Below are positions 12,289 through 28,033 of a DNA stretch of 64,000 bases, piece by piece; positions within the stretch are counted from its first letter, which is position 1; each line of letters starts with the position of its first letter. The DNA is from Eledone cirrhosa (Eukaryota), in NCBI GenBank assembly GCA_964016885.1, contig OZ024741.1, forward strand, positions 364,312,001 to 364,376,000. The letters are read 5' to 3'. The notes under the pieces were generated by a model. The model ran no database searches, was not told the DNA's origin, and saw only the letters and a program-made list of their open reading frames with translations. The position numbers were made by a program, and so were the translations under genes.

Positions 12289-14220
12289 TTAATAGTACAC
12301 TCTACTTAGTACAAACCCAAAGTACATACTGGAGACTATGTGCATTGGGTGCTTAATTATGAGTAAGTCTTATTACTAAATCTTTCTGAATTCTTGATTA
12401 TTTAAAAAATTATTTGAAAATCACAGGCAGTGTCTTTCATTAGGAATATGGTAATGAAAAAATTAATTAGCATTACATTTTTCTCTTAATAAAGTCACAT
12501 TAAATATTATCCTGGTCATCATCATCATCATCATCGTTTTTATGTCCAATTTTCCACACATGCATGGGTTGGACGAGTCCTTTTCATCACGGCATCTCTC
12601 CACACTTCACAATCCTTTGTTATCTCCACTTTGAGTTTCAGCAACTTGAGATCAGCTCTCACCACCTCTGCCCAGGTCTTCCTTGGCCTTCCTCTACAGC
12701 AGCTTCCTTTGACTGGGATTTCTTGAATTCTTGGTACTTCTTCACTCAGCGATCAACATCAATGTTCATCACATCTCCATACCAATGCAGTCTTCTTGCA
12801 AACTACTTCTGATTCCTCTTATTGGTCAAGTAAAATAAATTAGCACTGAACAGTAGAACCAATGAAAGTACAGAATCATCCAGGATGTAAATAATGGATG
12901 GAAGACATTTTTGAAGCAGCTACTACTTTTCTTAGATAGATTCTTTGCTGTCAACTGGCATGAAGAGTGCAGTATAGGATGTATTTGTAATGGTTATTGA
13001 TTTATGAAATATTATTGAAAACAGAAAATCTATTGTAGATGAAATGGAAAGAGTTAAGTATGATTCATTACAATATGACTTTGTCAAGGCTTGTGTTCTA
13101 GTGGTTAGGGTGTTGTACTTGTAACCATAAGGTTGTGGGTTTGATTCTTGGACCAAGCAGTGTATTGGGTTCTTGAGCAAGAGGATTCATTTCACATTGC
13201 TTTCATGATATGAATGGGACTCCTATCATTAAGAAACCTTCTGTGATATCCGACAACAAAATCTCCAATTGTATATATTGAGCTAGTGATAGCAGTGTGT
13301 GTAAGTGATGCAGCTACGAATGTTTGGTAAAATGTTGTGATCTTGCAGTAGATGGAAACAGGATGACTGGTAGGCAATATAAAACATTTGATTGGCAGAA
13401 GAGGTTTGGCTGTATTCAAGGAGGTTGCTTCACAATAACCATGTCTGGCACCTTGGGAAAGTAGAAGATGTGGATTAACTAATACTTTGTGAATGAAATT
13501 TGCAAGCTATAAAATGTGTAAAAGCCTGTTGCGTGATTCTCTGATCTGTCAAGTCTCAAACCATGACAACTTATCCAACCCAAAACTGGCATAAAATGAT
13601 GATGATGATATATTATCATAATTTTGTTCTTTTTCTATGCTGGTATTTGTTGGATGAACAGGTGATCATAGTTTGAGACTTGATGAGTGAGAGAACCATG
13701 TTTTACTCATGCATATCATACTTGGGCATGGTTTCTGTTGCTGGATTCCCTTCTTTATGCCACCTCCTTTAAAGAGGGTATTGGGTGCATTTTACTGTGA
13801 CACTAGTACTAGAGATGTTGTCATGTGCTTGACAAGACTGAATATATGTACGTGTGAGTGTATGTGTGTGTGCATGTGTTTGTATGTGCATCTGTGTATG
13901 TTTGTTTCTACATAAGTTTTCATGTTGACAAACTTAAACAGCCTGTGCTGTTTGTTTATGTCCTGCATAAACAATATGTCTTGCAACTTTTCAATTGTTG
14001 AAGTCCAGTGGAATAAGTATCATACTGATAAAAATAATTGTTGACAGCAGGTAAGGAATCCAGGTGTAGATTGAAGTCTCATTCAATCCATCCCAGTATG
14101 GAAAAAATGAGCATAAATACAATGACAATGGTGATAACGATGATGATGTGTTGAAGGACTAAAACTTTAAAGATGAAGTTGTGTAGGATAGAGAAAAATT
14201 GACAGTTTGTCAATCTAAGT

Positions 14221-14887
14221 CAGGGATCCTCAAATTTTTTTGATCATTGCCACCCTTCCTGAAACCCATGACCCCCCAACCTTCATCGATCCCAGGCTTT
14301 TACTAAAACAAATAAGTAAATAAATAAATCAGTTAACAGAATATAAAATAAATAGACAATAAAAATTAATTATATATAAAGCAAGGACCTATATAAGCAA
14401 GTTGTATTTTATTGTATTAGGATTTTTTTCATCACACTGACGCATATATGTATGTGCACCTGTGTGTATGTGCATATGCATACATTTATATGTATGAGTA
14501 TATAAATATAAATGCGCAAACACAGACACACTTACAAAAATACACACTCTCAGATATACATTCACACAAATACACATACATTGACACCAACACACACATA
14601 CATTCATACAAATACCCCCCCCCCCACACACTCACATACACATGCACTCACACAGCATTGCAAATAGAACGCCAGCTGCTGTTTTGCTATATTTTGTCAC
14701 CATCCCCTTCTTTCCTTTTACACACACATACATTCACATAAACACGCACACACACATTGTGTGACGGAAGGATGGACGGAAGTTGTTCAAATTTATATAT
14801 TTTCACTTTTTATACAAATGTCAGGTTTTGGCTCAAAAGTTCAATTGACCTCCTGGGTAGCCCCATCCACCATTTTGGAGGATTCTG
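14221..14887. mobile_element. hAT-like MITE with internal CA-rich tract
   Basis: TSD ATCTAAGT/ATCTAAGC; imperfect TIRs CAGGGATCCTCAAA / CAGAATCCTCCAAA. Confidence 0.65.
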
Positions 14888-16421
14888 ATCTAAGCCAATA
14901 TAAAAAAAATTGAATGTTAAAGTATCTGACAATAATGATTTACGGCTTTCATATTTAAAAGTATGTTTAGTAAAGATGATGCTTAAATATTTTGTTTCCA
15001 ATGATATATTTCAGGAAAATCGATCTATATTTTGATTAAAAATTCAAAGAAGTTGATATCAGTCTCATAACTGTATTCTTAAAATAGATCTATCCAATTT
15101 GTGTTTGATAAAAAATTAAAATTTAAGATTAGTGTATCCTAGATTCTATGATGGAAGTTTTGTTTATTTTTCAATTTAACTAAGGATTAAAGTGATTAAA
15201 AAAAACTCTTACTGAAACTATTGCTAGATTGGATTTGCAGTTTGACTTGTGAATCAAGTATGATTGGTGTTCTCAATGAAGATATGATTCTACTTGGCTT
15301 TTCTTGAGCTGCCAGTTATTACTCCTTCTTCTCAAGGCCACTTCTAGTTATATCTACTACCTAACAATGGGGTTCCCTCTCACATCTCTCCCTGTCTCTC
15401 TTTCAGTAACAAACAAATAATCACCATTGCTCTCTCTTCACAAGGCAACTTCCAATATACTCACACTTCCCTTTGCCTCCTCTCCCATTACCTACTTTTC
15501 TCACCCTGTGAAGAGACAACAACCTCCCTATTACTGGTGTCATTAAATGTACCGAGTACAATCATAAAATCCTTGTTGTTGTCATGTAGCCCTAACTTTT
15601 AATTAAAAGTATTCCAGCTTTGATTATTCTGTCATGTTTTTTCCAGGCTGGCTTAATCTAGGACTACATTATCTAATGTATCCCTCATTTTTTCAGATGT
15701 TTGGGTGTAATTTAAGAGACCATTGGCAGCTATTTCTAGCGCATGAGTTACCCCTTACCATTATTGAGATTCTCACATTGGTTTGTAGTAGTAATAGTAC
15801 TGGTGGTGGTGGTAGTGGTAGTGGTAGTGGTAGTAATAGTTGTAGTAGTAGCAGCGAAAGTAGAATACCTTTATTAGCAAAGCTGATATATAAATTTAAC
15901 CCTTTCACTAATAAAAAACACTACTCTTGATTTTGGAATGATTTTGAAGATAATCAAGAATCTGGAGGAATCCATTATTAAGCTGGTCTTTGGAACATAG
16001 CTTAACAAAAGTTCTTATGATAGAAGGTTTTAGACAAATGCAAACATTTTAAAATAACTGGCTTTGTATCAGAAAAACAGGTGTGGTTTCAAGCAGTATA
16101 TGAAAAAGGTTAAGCTGACATCCAAAAGCTTGGTTTTAAAATAATATTGATTGTGTATTTTAACATTTAAATTGATTGAATTATATGAATTCATATCACT
16201 TTCAAAATAAGTATTTTGATTATAGATAAAAAAGAACAAATAAAAATAACAATTATAGATCTGTATATGTCAGATATGTCAGATTTATATTTCTTAGAGT
16301 AGTTTATATTATTCAAATATCCATAGCGAGACTTATGTATGTTCATTATACATAAACATATTCTATATTCTTTCATTTGTCTCTATTCTGAATCACTTTG
16401 TGTTAGTGCTACTACTAATTA

Positions 16422-16477
<56 letters not shown>

Positions 16478-17681
16478 TTATATGTAGGTATCACGACAAA
16501 AAGCACCCAGTCCGCACTGTAAATGAGGTTGGTGTTAGGAAGGGCATCTAACTGTAGAAACCAACCCAAAATCAGTTCTGCATATTTACATATTTATCTG
16601 ATCTGTCAGTTGCTTATTTTGCATATTTTAATGTTTAATAATATAAAAAAATATATATTCTTATTAATAATACTGTAATAATTATGATAATTTTATTAAA
16701 TAAAATATTAAGGACTATTATTTTAAATATTACCACCTTGAAGCCATTCCATTAACACTGACAAAAGGTTACAGTTGTTGATCTACAAGAAATAGAAATT
16801 GTTTCCACATTTAACCTTTAATACATTGAATAACAAATATACTTGTCATTTAGTATAATGCTGTTCAAGAATTCTCTTACTATGAAAGATTTGATTCACG
16901 TAAACTTTTAACATTAAGGTATCTTGGAATTTTCTTTATTATCTATAATTTAAAGTACCTACTTTGCTTTGCCTGTTAAGTTCCACTTATTTTATATGCA
17001 TAGTAAGAGGGAATAAAATGGCAGAGGTTCTGTAAGTATTTAATATTGTCAGACCAATTGTTTTTGCACTGTTATGTTCTTACTGCTAACCACTTGACTG
17101 TGAAGTAGGAGTGTAATCTGTTCTCAGCCAGGCAGACTGAAGCCATCAAAGTTATGTATTTTGTAGAGAAGCATAGCATAGTATCTGTACTAATATTTGA
17201 GTGACCTTTTAGTTGGAAGTTCAGTTCATTAAACCCTAGACATTATATTTAATAAAACGATAAATATTTTAACAAATGTATTGATATACATTTTCTCTTA
17301 TGTCAGTCTTAATTAGGTAGGTTGTCTTATATATAATTTTGTGCTGGTACCTATACGTCATAAACTCTAAAAACATTCTCCCTTAATTCTGATTTCATTA
17401 CCATGTCACTTTAGCCTTCCATTCTGTGAATAGATACAGACATGGTTGAGTGATTAAGAAGTTTGGTTCACAATCATGAGGTCTACCATAACAACACCTG
17501 GGTGGAAGTCGTAACAACAACAATAACAACAGTAAGTTTCATTTTCAAGGCAATTGGCCATGTCATCATAAACCAAGTCAGTTGTTATTTGAACTTACTG
17601 CCCACCTAGATTGGTAAGACTATGTCATGTTCATATGTTCCATTTTCAGCAGAGTTTCTATGACTGGATGTCTTTCCAAAC

Positions 17682-17885
17682 ACCAACTACTTTACAGTGT
17701 GTACAGGGTGCATTTTATTGTGACATTAGCATTAGAGAGGTTGTCATGTTGTCAGTGTGGTTAAAGAGTCCTTTCTGCTTTTCATCAACTACTTTACAGT
17801 GTGTATAGGGTGCATTTTATTGTGACATTAGCATTAGAGAGGTTGTCATGTTGTCAGTGTGATTAAAGAATCCCCTCTGCTTAGC
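17682..17885. repeat. Tandem duplication of ~103 bp
   Basis: caactactttacagtgtgtaYagggtgcattttattgtgacattagcattagagaggttgtcatgttgtcagtgtg... occurs twice. Confidence 0.9.
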
Positions 17886-19753
17886 ATTGTCTCTGTTCCT
17901 CAACTACCTTACATATTTATCTTTCAGAATCAGGTTTTAACATTTTAAAACTGAAATGTTGTATGATAGAGAATCATAAACAATAAATGTAAAAGTCACA
18001 TGACAGGAAAAGAATTAGTTAAAGGTGATATATGGTTGTGCAACATGAACTTAAAAGGCTGGTTGACTAACTTGAGTAAGGAAATTGACAAATTTTCTAA
18101 CCATTTTGATATCAAAACACCTGGGTCTGCCCCTGGTTCTATGATACAAGTCTGTTTGTTTTAACCCTTTCATATTTCTAATGAAAGACACTGGTCATGA
18201 TTTTCAAATCATTTGAGACACTTGCTCAAGGTGCCATCCAGTAGGAATCTATCTGAAAACACATGGTTGCAAAGCAAGCTCCTTAACCACATGGCCATGC
18301 ATGTCAATTTGTCTATTTTTATTTTAATATTTATCTTCTTTTAGATATCATCCAATTTGTATTTCACTTTAATATAATATAATGTGACCTTCAGCCATGG
18401 TTGAACATGTGTTTGCATCTGGAAAGTTCTTTAAAGTGCAATTCATTACACAGTGTTTTGTAGAAGACCAGCAATCACCCATGCATGCAAGTTTTCCATT
18501 TTTATCTCACTGATATCATCCAAGAGGAAAGCAAATGATGATACAGCTTGGCACCAGTGACATTGATGACAAACCAGAGCAATATGAAATGAAGCGCTTT
18601 GCTAAAGAACTTAATATGCCATCTAGACTAAATTAAAACTTCAACCATATGATGTAAGCCCAACATGCTAACCACTAGGCTGTAGTGCCTTAATTGGTTG
18701 CAAATCTGCAGAAGTCAGAAATCTCAATATAATTTTATGAAATTTCTGTTCCATTATAGCTGTTAGCTTACTACAATAAATATAATTAGCTCCCTATAAT
18801 CCTTTTCATTGAAAAAGAAATCCAAATGAACTAAATAACAGCTATTTGTACTTAATAATTGAATGTTTCAACAATGATCTTAGTAGAATCGTTTGTCTAA
18901 TTAACTTTATTAAAGGTATTTTTTCATTTTATATCCCTTTGTTGTTCACTGCCGGCTCATATTTTCACCTTAAATATCCCTGGTTTTTATTAAAAATGTA
19001 TATTTTTAAAAAGAAATGATTTAAATAGAAAACAAATTATTAAAATCTATTTTGATATTAAAAGTTCAATAGAAAATTGCATCAATTAATCCTTTTGATA
19101 CTGAAACACCTAAAACCAGCCTTAGTTCTACGATACAAACTGTTTATTCTAAAGTGTTTATATTTATCTAAAAACCTTCTATCATAATTTCATGTGAGAA
19201 ACTTTATCTCAGCTTCCAAACACCAGATAAACAATGAGAAAGCCTGCATGTATGTGGCTGAGCATCCCACAGACATGCACCCACAATAAAGTTCTCAGGG
19301 AGATTCAGTGTTTTTCTTTCTTGGCATAATATACTTATTACTACTATGTCTACTGTGTTTTATTCCCCTTTAAAGATGTTAGAATCTGATTTGAGGGAGA
19401 TATAGCAATTATTTCTAGTAGGTCGAATGACTATGTAGAGGATGTTAGATGGTGGCATTTGCTTGGTATGTAAAGAATTATTATTTATGATTAGCTAGAG
19501 AGGAATAAAGTGACAAAACATTATTAATGTTGTTTGTAATTGAGTTAGTATGTTATGATGTCTTGTTGAATCTATTTAACCCTTTTGACACTTTGGTGCA
19601 TTGCAATAATTATGACAGGCATAATATCATAAATAAGCCCTTTGGATATCAACCCACCTAAAATCACCCCTGCTTCTATGATGCAAAACTGTTTGATTTA
19701 AAGTGTTTTTATTTATCTAAAAACCATTTATATGGTCCTTTGTCCATCTAGAC

Positions 19754-20060
19754 CAGTCATGGGCAACCTGCGGCCTGCAGGCCACATGCAGACTGCGAAG
19801 CTTTCTGAATGGCTCGCCTAAGTCACCTAAGTGAAATCTTTCTGATTTTTTTACCCCAACTTTTCAGTCATAATTTATCTTTCTATCATTTTTATGATTG
19901 AGGAAAACGTGTATGAATTCTGAAGAAACAAATAAAAACAACCTGAGTTACTGCCCTTTTTTTTTAATGTGGGCACAAATGTAAATTAGCGCTTCTGGCC
20001 TGCCTGATGATGAGCCATATCTCATGAGGCCCGCTTCTCGAAAAAGGTAGTTCATGCCTG
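19754..20060. mobile_element. hAT (Charlie-like) MITE
   Basis: TSD ATCTAGAC/ATATAGAC; TIRs CAGTCATGGGCAACCT / CAGGCATGAACTACCT. Confidence 0.82.
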
Positions 20061-22820
20061 ATATAGACATACATGTCTACTGCTCTAGTGTATCTTGAAA
20101 GGAAGAGTGCTAGCCTATGAATACAATGTGAAAATTTGTTTTGGTGGCTGGCATTTTATGATTCCCTCATGGTCTTGTCTGGTCTATCATGATTGATAAA
20201 GTGTTTATTAGGTATTTGTTGATGTTATTAGGCTCTACCATTTGATGTATTTCTGTATTGTTTACATTACTAATTGTTTTATAACAAACATGTACAATTG
20301 ATTTTTATATCAAACAATTAACAGTTCTCTGTTTATTTCTAGGCTTTAATTTTTGTTTTTTTTAGTTTGTGAATTTTTGAATTTTATTTTATATTATTTG
20401 TGTTGGGTATTTTATTTCAAACATTGTGTGTTTGAGATCATCTCTAGTAATCATTCTTTCATTCTTTTACTGGTTTCAGTCATTAGATTTCAGCCAAACA
20501 CTATCACAACCACTACCTAATACTTCAGTAAAATGGTTGGTGTTGCCCTTTAAACATTTGTAGGGCAACTTAAGATATAGTATTATTGTGAGTGACACCA
20601 TGAACGAGGTGCTGGAACAGCTAATCACCCTCACAAGCATTACCTTTCATTTTAGTAAGAGAAGCCACCTATGATGACAAAAGTTTTATTGTCAGTGGCC
20701 CAGCACTCTTAAACAGGCTGAAAAATATAGTTTACTGACAAGTGTTGTATTTTGATCTTTTTTCTTGAAATGAGTATTAAATACAGGGAGTTTTAACTGG
20801 TTTTATTAATGATTGTGTTTGGAAGGTGTTGTAGTGAAGCCTATCTCATCATTTTCCTTTCAGCAATATCCTATTTTGGAATATATTATACAATGTGTGC
20901 CTTTAATTAGATGGTTGGGTGGGGTTTGAGAGAGATTTGGGTACTATTTTTGAAACTGAAATGTTGAATGATAGAGAATCATAGATAGTAATTATGAAAG
21001 TCATGTCATGACAGGAAAAGAATTAGCTAGCAGTAATATATTGGTTGTGTAACATGAACTTGAAAGACTGGCCGACTAAATGTTCATGATCCTGTAGAGG
21101 TTTCCTTGTCAGAGAACAAGTAGATGATTGTTTAGAAAATAATCATAACCTCATTGAAAAATGCTTCTAAAAAAAATTAATGAGGGAGCCTCTGTGCCGA
21201 CAATTTTCAACTTGTTTTACTCCATGGCACACTGAACAAAGATGCTAAAAGTGTTAAAAAACACTATCAGCCTTTTAAAAGGTTTTATATGAAAAATGAA
21301 TATTCAAGTTGTTTTAAAACACTCTGTAAAGTGGTCTGTGTTAGTAACAACACCCAGCAGAAGAAACCATACCAAACATGGTTCTCTGAACTGTCTAGTC
21401 TTGGACTGTGATGACCTATCAAACTCATGCCAACATTGACAATGGAGATAAAAGGATCATGATGATGGAGGTGGTGATATTGATGATGATGATGATGATG
21501 ATGAATACGATAATGGGTGCCTGCATTGGACTTTGCTGCCATGTACTAGTGTAGTGCATTAAAAATTATGTTTCTAAAAAAATATTCTGGATTTTACCCC
21601 CCACCCCCACTAACTCATAACAGACCTGTGGACTATAGCCATGGCTTTGTGGTTTAGGGGTCTACTTTGCAATCATGTGGTTTCAGGTTCACTCCCACTG
21701 TGTAGCACTTTACACAAGTGCTTTAATTATAACCTTGAGTTGACCAATGCCTTGTGAGTGAAATTTGCTAGATGGAAACTGCAGAAGCCCATCCCCTGCC
21801 ACAGGTGTCTGTGGGTGCATGCTTGTTTGTATGTAAGTGTGTGTGTCTGTTTCTTTTTATGTTTGTGTCTGTGCGCCAATGTCTTATCCATAACTTAGAC
21901 AAAAAAGATCGATAAAATAAGTGATGAGATCAATATAATAAACTGTACCCTTTCAAGGGGTTACCCCAGCATGGCTCCAGTCAAAGGACTGAAACCAGTA
22001 AAAGAATACTAGAATAAAAGAACAAGAATTAGATAACCTTAAAGATAGTATCTTGGAGGGTTGGATCATAAAATATAGTACTACTATGTCTTTAACACTA
22101 TTAGTTACAGAGGGTGCTGGATTGGCAGAATTGTTAGATGTTAGACAAAATACCATATTGTATCTAGTTGCCATCTTTTATGTTCTGAGATCAAATCTCT
22201 CTGAGGTCAACATTGCCTTTCATCATTTTGGGATCAATAAAATAAAATACCAATCAAGTATTGGGTTGAAAAAAAATCAACACCCTCATCATCCCCCAAA
22301 TTTTTGGCTTTGTGCCAAAAGTAGAAAGTATTATTTACAGAGATTGGTTTTCTCAGTAACCTTGAGAAGCTGACATTCTCAAAGAACAGTAACTGCTTTC
22401 CATATTTGATTGGAATTATTATTGCTGTTGCTTAATTATTATTGCTGTTGCTTAATGAGTTTAAATCTTGTTTGGTTAATTGAAAGTGAATTAGATAAAT
22501 ATATAAATACATGTATCTCTGTGTATGTATAGACACACACATGCATAAATGCACATATCTGCATGCATATATATATATGTATATATATGTATATGTCTAT
22601 ACAGGGTAGACCGTAAGCTGCACACCAAAGCGTTAAAAACAATTTGGTTTACATGTACATTGTATTGTATTAATAGCAATACTTATATTGAAATAACAAA
22701 GGTCTCATTTTCATTATCCTATCATCTGTGATTTTAACGTATGGATTCTTTGTTAATACAATTAATATATTAAGACATTTAAAGCTTTGGTTCATGACTT
22801 AAGGCCCACACTACATATAT

Positions 22821-22866
<46 letters not shown>

Positions 22867-24412
22867 GGGTTGGATAGATTGTCATGTGCTGAGGCTAAAG
22901 AGGTTGGATGATCACATTCTGCTCATATGTTCCAGTTTGGCATTGTTTCTACAGCTGGATGCTGTTCCAAATGCCAACCACTTTACAGTATGCACTGGGT
23001 ACATTTTATCATGACACAATACCTGGAAGAAATATATTAGTTTAATGTTTGAAATAGCAGGAAGAGAGTCTTAACTTTTCAGACACTAATTCTTTCTCAG
23101 AAAATAGATTTAGAAATAGAAGATAAATAGAAAGAAAAGAGTGAAAAGAGGAAGGAATGGGGAAAAATGAGGAATAAAAGGGGAGAAAAAATGTGTGTAT
23201 TCAGTCAGGCATCTTGATATTTCCTTATTAGTTCTTTATGTTTGGTTTGGAACAATATCATTTCAAAATCCATAAGTCTATTTGTTTCAAGACATATACA
23301 TCAATGTATGCATACATACAGACATACACATAGGTATACATACATACATAAAAAGATGCACACACACACATACATACATACATATATATATATATACATA
23401 CAATATACATACATACATACAATTTTACCTGATTTTCTCAACCATTATTTGTTGTTTATAATCATCATCTATTATTATGGTTATTTGCACACATTTCATA
23501 TATGTGTTTGTGTGTGTGTGTGTGAGAATGTATGTATATGTATGTATATATCTATATGTATATATATAACAATTGTTTCAAGATTAAAGTGCTGGAATAC
23601 TGATTACAGGGTTATTAGTTCAAATCTGACTAAAACCATCTGTTCATTGCCAGTTTGCATGACTGACAATAAAACAGGTTTCACTGCTACTTCATGGTTG
23701 AGTGGTTAGTTGTAGAAAAGTCACCCAGCTGTCAAAACAATTGCTCCATCAAAGTATATCATTTCAATCATCATCTCATATATGTAAGCATGAAAGAATT
23801 GATATAAAAGACAATCACGCAAATATGTATATATAAATATCCATACTTACAAATATATTTATGCACAGGCACAGATATAAACATACATGCTTGCATACAC
23901 ACATAAACCTAAGCAAATACACAGACACATGTTCATTTTTGTTCATAGGTGCAGACTTGACTGTGTGGTTAAGAAGTTTGCATTGCAACCTTGTAGCTTT
24001 TGGTTTGTTTCTACACAAGATATTTGATAGATGGAAACTGTGGAAGACCAGTTACTTTTACTGTTCCTAAGAATATTTTACCCAATTTTCTAAAGCTATT
24101 GTTTATAACAATCAACTGTTGTTACAGTTTTTTTGTGTTTGGATTCCTACACTTTCAAATTTCAAATCACCCAACTCAAATGCTTCAATAAATCATAATA
24201 TATATATATATAATATAAGCAAGTATAACACCAAGAAAATTATAGACTTCAGCAAGAGAGTAAGAATTAATTGGCTTTAACATATGTTTCTTTGTCTATT
24301 ATAATAGTCTAGATATGCTGACTACAATATATATTGTTCAATGCAATACTTAATTGTTTTTTATACATCTTCAGAAAGCTTAAAATTGTTTGTGTTAATG
24401 TCTTTTCATCAT

Positions 24413-24464
<52 letters not shown>

Positions 24465-27400
24465 CATCATTTAACGTCCATTTTTCTATGCTTTCATGGG
24501 TTAGACGGGTTGTCATATTTTGAGACAAGTCAGGTGCGGAGACCACGTCTTCCTCATATGTATTTGTATATTGACTTGGTTTCTATGGCTGGATGCCCGT
24601 CCTAACATCAACTATGTTACAGTGTAGACTAGGTGTTTTTTGTCGTGACACTGAAACGACCACCTTGCAGGATGAACTGGGCACTTTTTGTGGTGTCACC
24701 AGCACAACCACCTCACAGTCTGGACTGAGCACATTTTGTTGTTTGACCAGCATGACTACCTCACTGTGTGGACTGGATGATTTTTCTCATCACCATCATG
24801 ATTACCTTACAGGATGGACCAGGTCATGGAAACAATATTGTAGGAGATCAGATGTGGGTAAGTGAGTTCGACATTGATTACGAATATTTAGCAGGTTTGA
24901 GTGGGGTATTAAAGCAGCGGTAGAGTGGATGGGGGGGGGGGAGAAGATTGCTGCAGGCTAGTGTGTCATCTGTATGTTTGTTTTTTTCCATTTTGTGCAC
25001 ATGGAATGTGTGTGTGTGTGTGTGTGGGGGGGGGTATCTTCTGTAGTACTGCATAGCACCAGAGGTCTCAATCTTGTGTCATCTCCTTTGTGAGGTTCAA
25101 TTGGGCAAGGTCAGCTTTTTCACTCCATCCCAAGTTTTCCTAGGTTTTCCTCTTCTGTAGTTACCATCGACTTTAAGTGCCCTGCACCTTTTTATACATC
25201 TGTCATCCTCCATGCATATCACGTGTGTGTATGTGTCCCTGTGTTTGTGTTTAAATTTACTGTTTGTTTATGTCCTATAACAAAAAGATATCAATAAAAT
25301 AATTACCAGACTTTTTCTTTAAAAAAGGCTCAGAGGTCAATATTATTGACTAAATCTCTTGAATGTAGTGTCCCAATATGGCTGCAGTCTAATGATTAAA
25401 AATGCTGTAAAAATAAGAGTATATTGAAATTTTGATAGGAAAAATCAAAATCACTTTGTTGTAGTTTATTTTTCTAAATCACATAGTTCTCATTGCAAAG
25501 GTGGTTGAGCTCCCAATGGGAAAATCTTTGTAAACAAAAGGAAAATGTTTGAATTTATGTGTGCAAGAGGGAACAAAGGGCTTTTATTTATTGGCAAGAA
25601 ATTTGAGAAACATATCAAGTGACTGGCAAATTCTCTGTGTGTAAGAAGAGGGTCTGTTGTGGAAGATATAAAGTTGAAATTCAAGATGATAGATAAAATG
25701 TAGCTGGTTTTTAGCCAATACATTTAATGTTTACAGCTTATGGTGTACACAAAATAGATAGTCTGAGGCAACATGGGACTTCAGAGAAAAGACAGCTGGA
25801 GTAGAAACAATTTGTGACACAGTTTAATCAGTGATATAAATGAGTCTCTTGTAGTTTTATGTTAAGAATCTGAAGTATATTGATGATAATTTTTACTGTT
25901 TGTATTTTGGTGGGGTCAGGCTGCCAACCTAAACACATGTACTGGTTGTGTTTTATTGCAGTTTCATTAATTAGTTAAATAATCCACAAATAGCTTGATT
26001 AATCAGCTAATTAATTCATTTAAAAGAAGCCCTGAAAGAGGTCAAACAAAGCTAAAGTATGGACATAAAGGAGACACAGAGGGCAATAGTCATTAAGAAG
26101 GTTGCAGGCTGTGACAATTACTTAATTTGACAAGCAATTAATTAACTGATTTGATTAATCAACTGATTGCTGGATTGATTACCTGATTAATAAGAAACAA
26201 GTGAAACTCAATCAGTGCATGTGCTTTGATTGGTAACATGACCCTCCCAAAATGTAGCAATATTTGTTTTAACACACAATTTCACATGAAGAATCTTGCA
26301 AAACAAATACAAAAAAGTTTTACTATCAAAAGGCTGAATAGTTGAAAGTGTTGTGGTGACAATTAGAGATGGGGGAGATACATCTCATGTAAAGCTGTCA
26401 GCAGATAAATAGCTCTCTTGTAGAGGAAATCAGAAAAGAAAACAAAATTGACTGCTAAACTGCCATGATGTGTCTTGTTAAACTACATACATGGATAGAG
26501 TGGAATATACCTAAAGGACAAGATAAAATTGAGAGGAATCTACCCAAAAGGAAAGTAAGGCTTTTGATACTAAATCCCTTCTGGTTCTATAATACAAAGC
26601 TGTTTATATTTATCGAAAAACCTCCCATTATAATTTATTTAAGAACCCAGGTTAAATTATGTTCCACAGACTGACATAGTATGCCATACAACTAAATCCC
26701 TTAAAATTCTTGCTTATTTCAAAATTATTTGAAAATCATTGTGAATGTTTTTCATTAGTAATATGCTAACAAAACCATTAACACAATCTATTAGCAATTT
26801 CTTGGAGAAAGCAAAGTATTTGTACTACCATAGGAATGTATGTATGGACCTGTAACTCCTGAGGGAGTCGTAAGGGTGCCATATTGACATATGCCATTTC
26901 TAGTGCATTTCTAAACCGGGCAGAACCCATCTCCTCTCGAGATCTGAATACAGCAGATTTTTTCCAGAGAAGGATAGAGAGTGAGAGAATGGAAGTGAGA
27001 AAGAGATATAGAGGAAGATGTCCTTCCTGGTTCCAACCCTTTTAGTCACCTCTTATAACATGCATGGATAAACCAGATATACAATTACACAGACAAAGGC
27101 ACGTGTGCGCATAGATACACACATGCACTCACACACATAGACACACATAAACACATAGGCACACACTCATGTTTACACATACACATGATGAACTTTGATA
27201 CAATTTCCATCTATTAAATTGCTCAAGGTAACCCATAATGGGTTTGCATCTGGAACTACATGGTTGCAAAGCAAATTTCTACATCACATGGCTATACTTG
27301 CACCTATTAACGCTTAACGTCCTGTACCACATTAAACCACATTAGCAAGATATTCTTGAAAAGTACAAAACAACACTAAAACTGTATCACATTAAACATT

Positions 27401-27800
27401 GAAATCTATACTCTAATACTGAACATTTTCACTATGACCTATATTCTACTAAAGATACCATAAGCATTTGAATTAACAAAACTATTTAACAATATTTTCT
27501 ACTAAATCATTAGAGAATGTTAAGAGTTAATATAAACCTTACTCTGTTACTTATCACAGCCCATGTGTTGTGGCCATGATTCTTCTTAAACAGAATTCCT
27601 TTGCTTTCATATATTTAGTTTTAGTAAACAACTTATTTATATAAAACAAAAAAAGCACTTTTTTTCTCAAAAGAATATTAATGTAGTCTACCATTATTTG
27701 TTAATATAGAAATTAAATATCGCCTGTTGCAATACAAGTTGGCACCATAACAAATTTGTTTATTATAATGTTTAATTTTTGTTGATCAAAACAATCTATA

Positions 27801-27851
<51 letters not shown>

Positions 27852-27990
27852 CTACCTTTTCTATTGAGCTTTATTTATTTACTGTTAAGACTTTTTTGAA
27901 AGGATATTATTTATAAATTGAATAGTAATATTTCCTTTGGATATGAATTTTCCCTTAAAATTATATATGTATATGTAAATAAATAAATAA

Positions 27991-28033
<43 letters not shown>

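Noticed and set aside
15634-15930. 98-aa ORF with a Gly/Ser run
   Set aside because: Produced by a (GTA/GTG)n repeat and runs into a MITE; no splice or homology support.
20000-20050. CTGATGA...CGAAA in the hAT MITE
   Set aside because: Stems do not close and there is no NUH triplet or stem I; it overlaps the TIR region.
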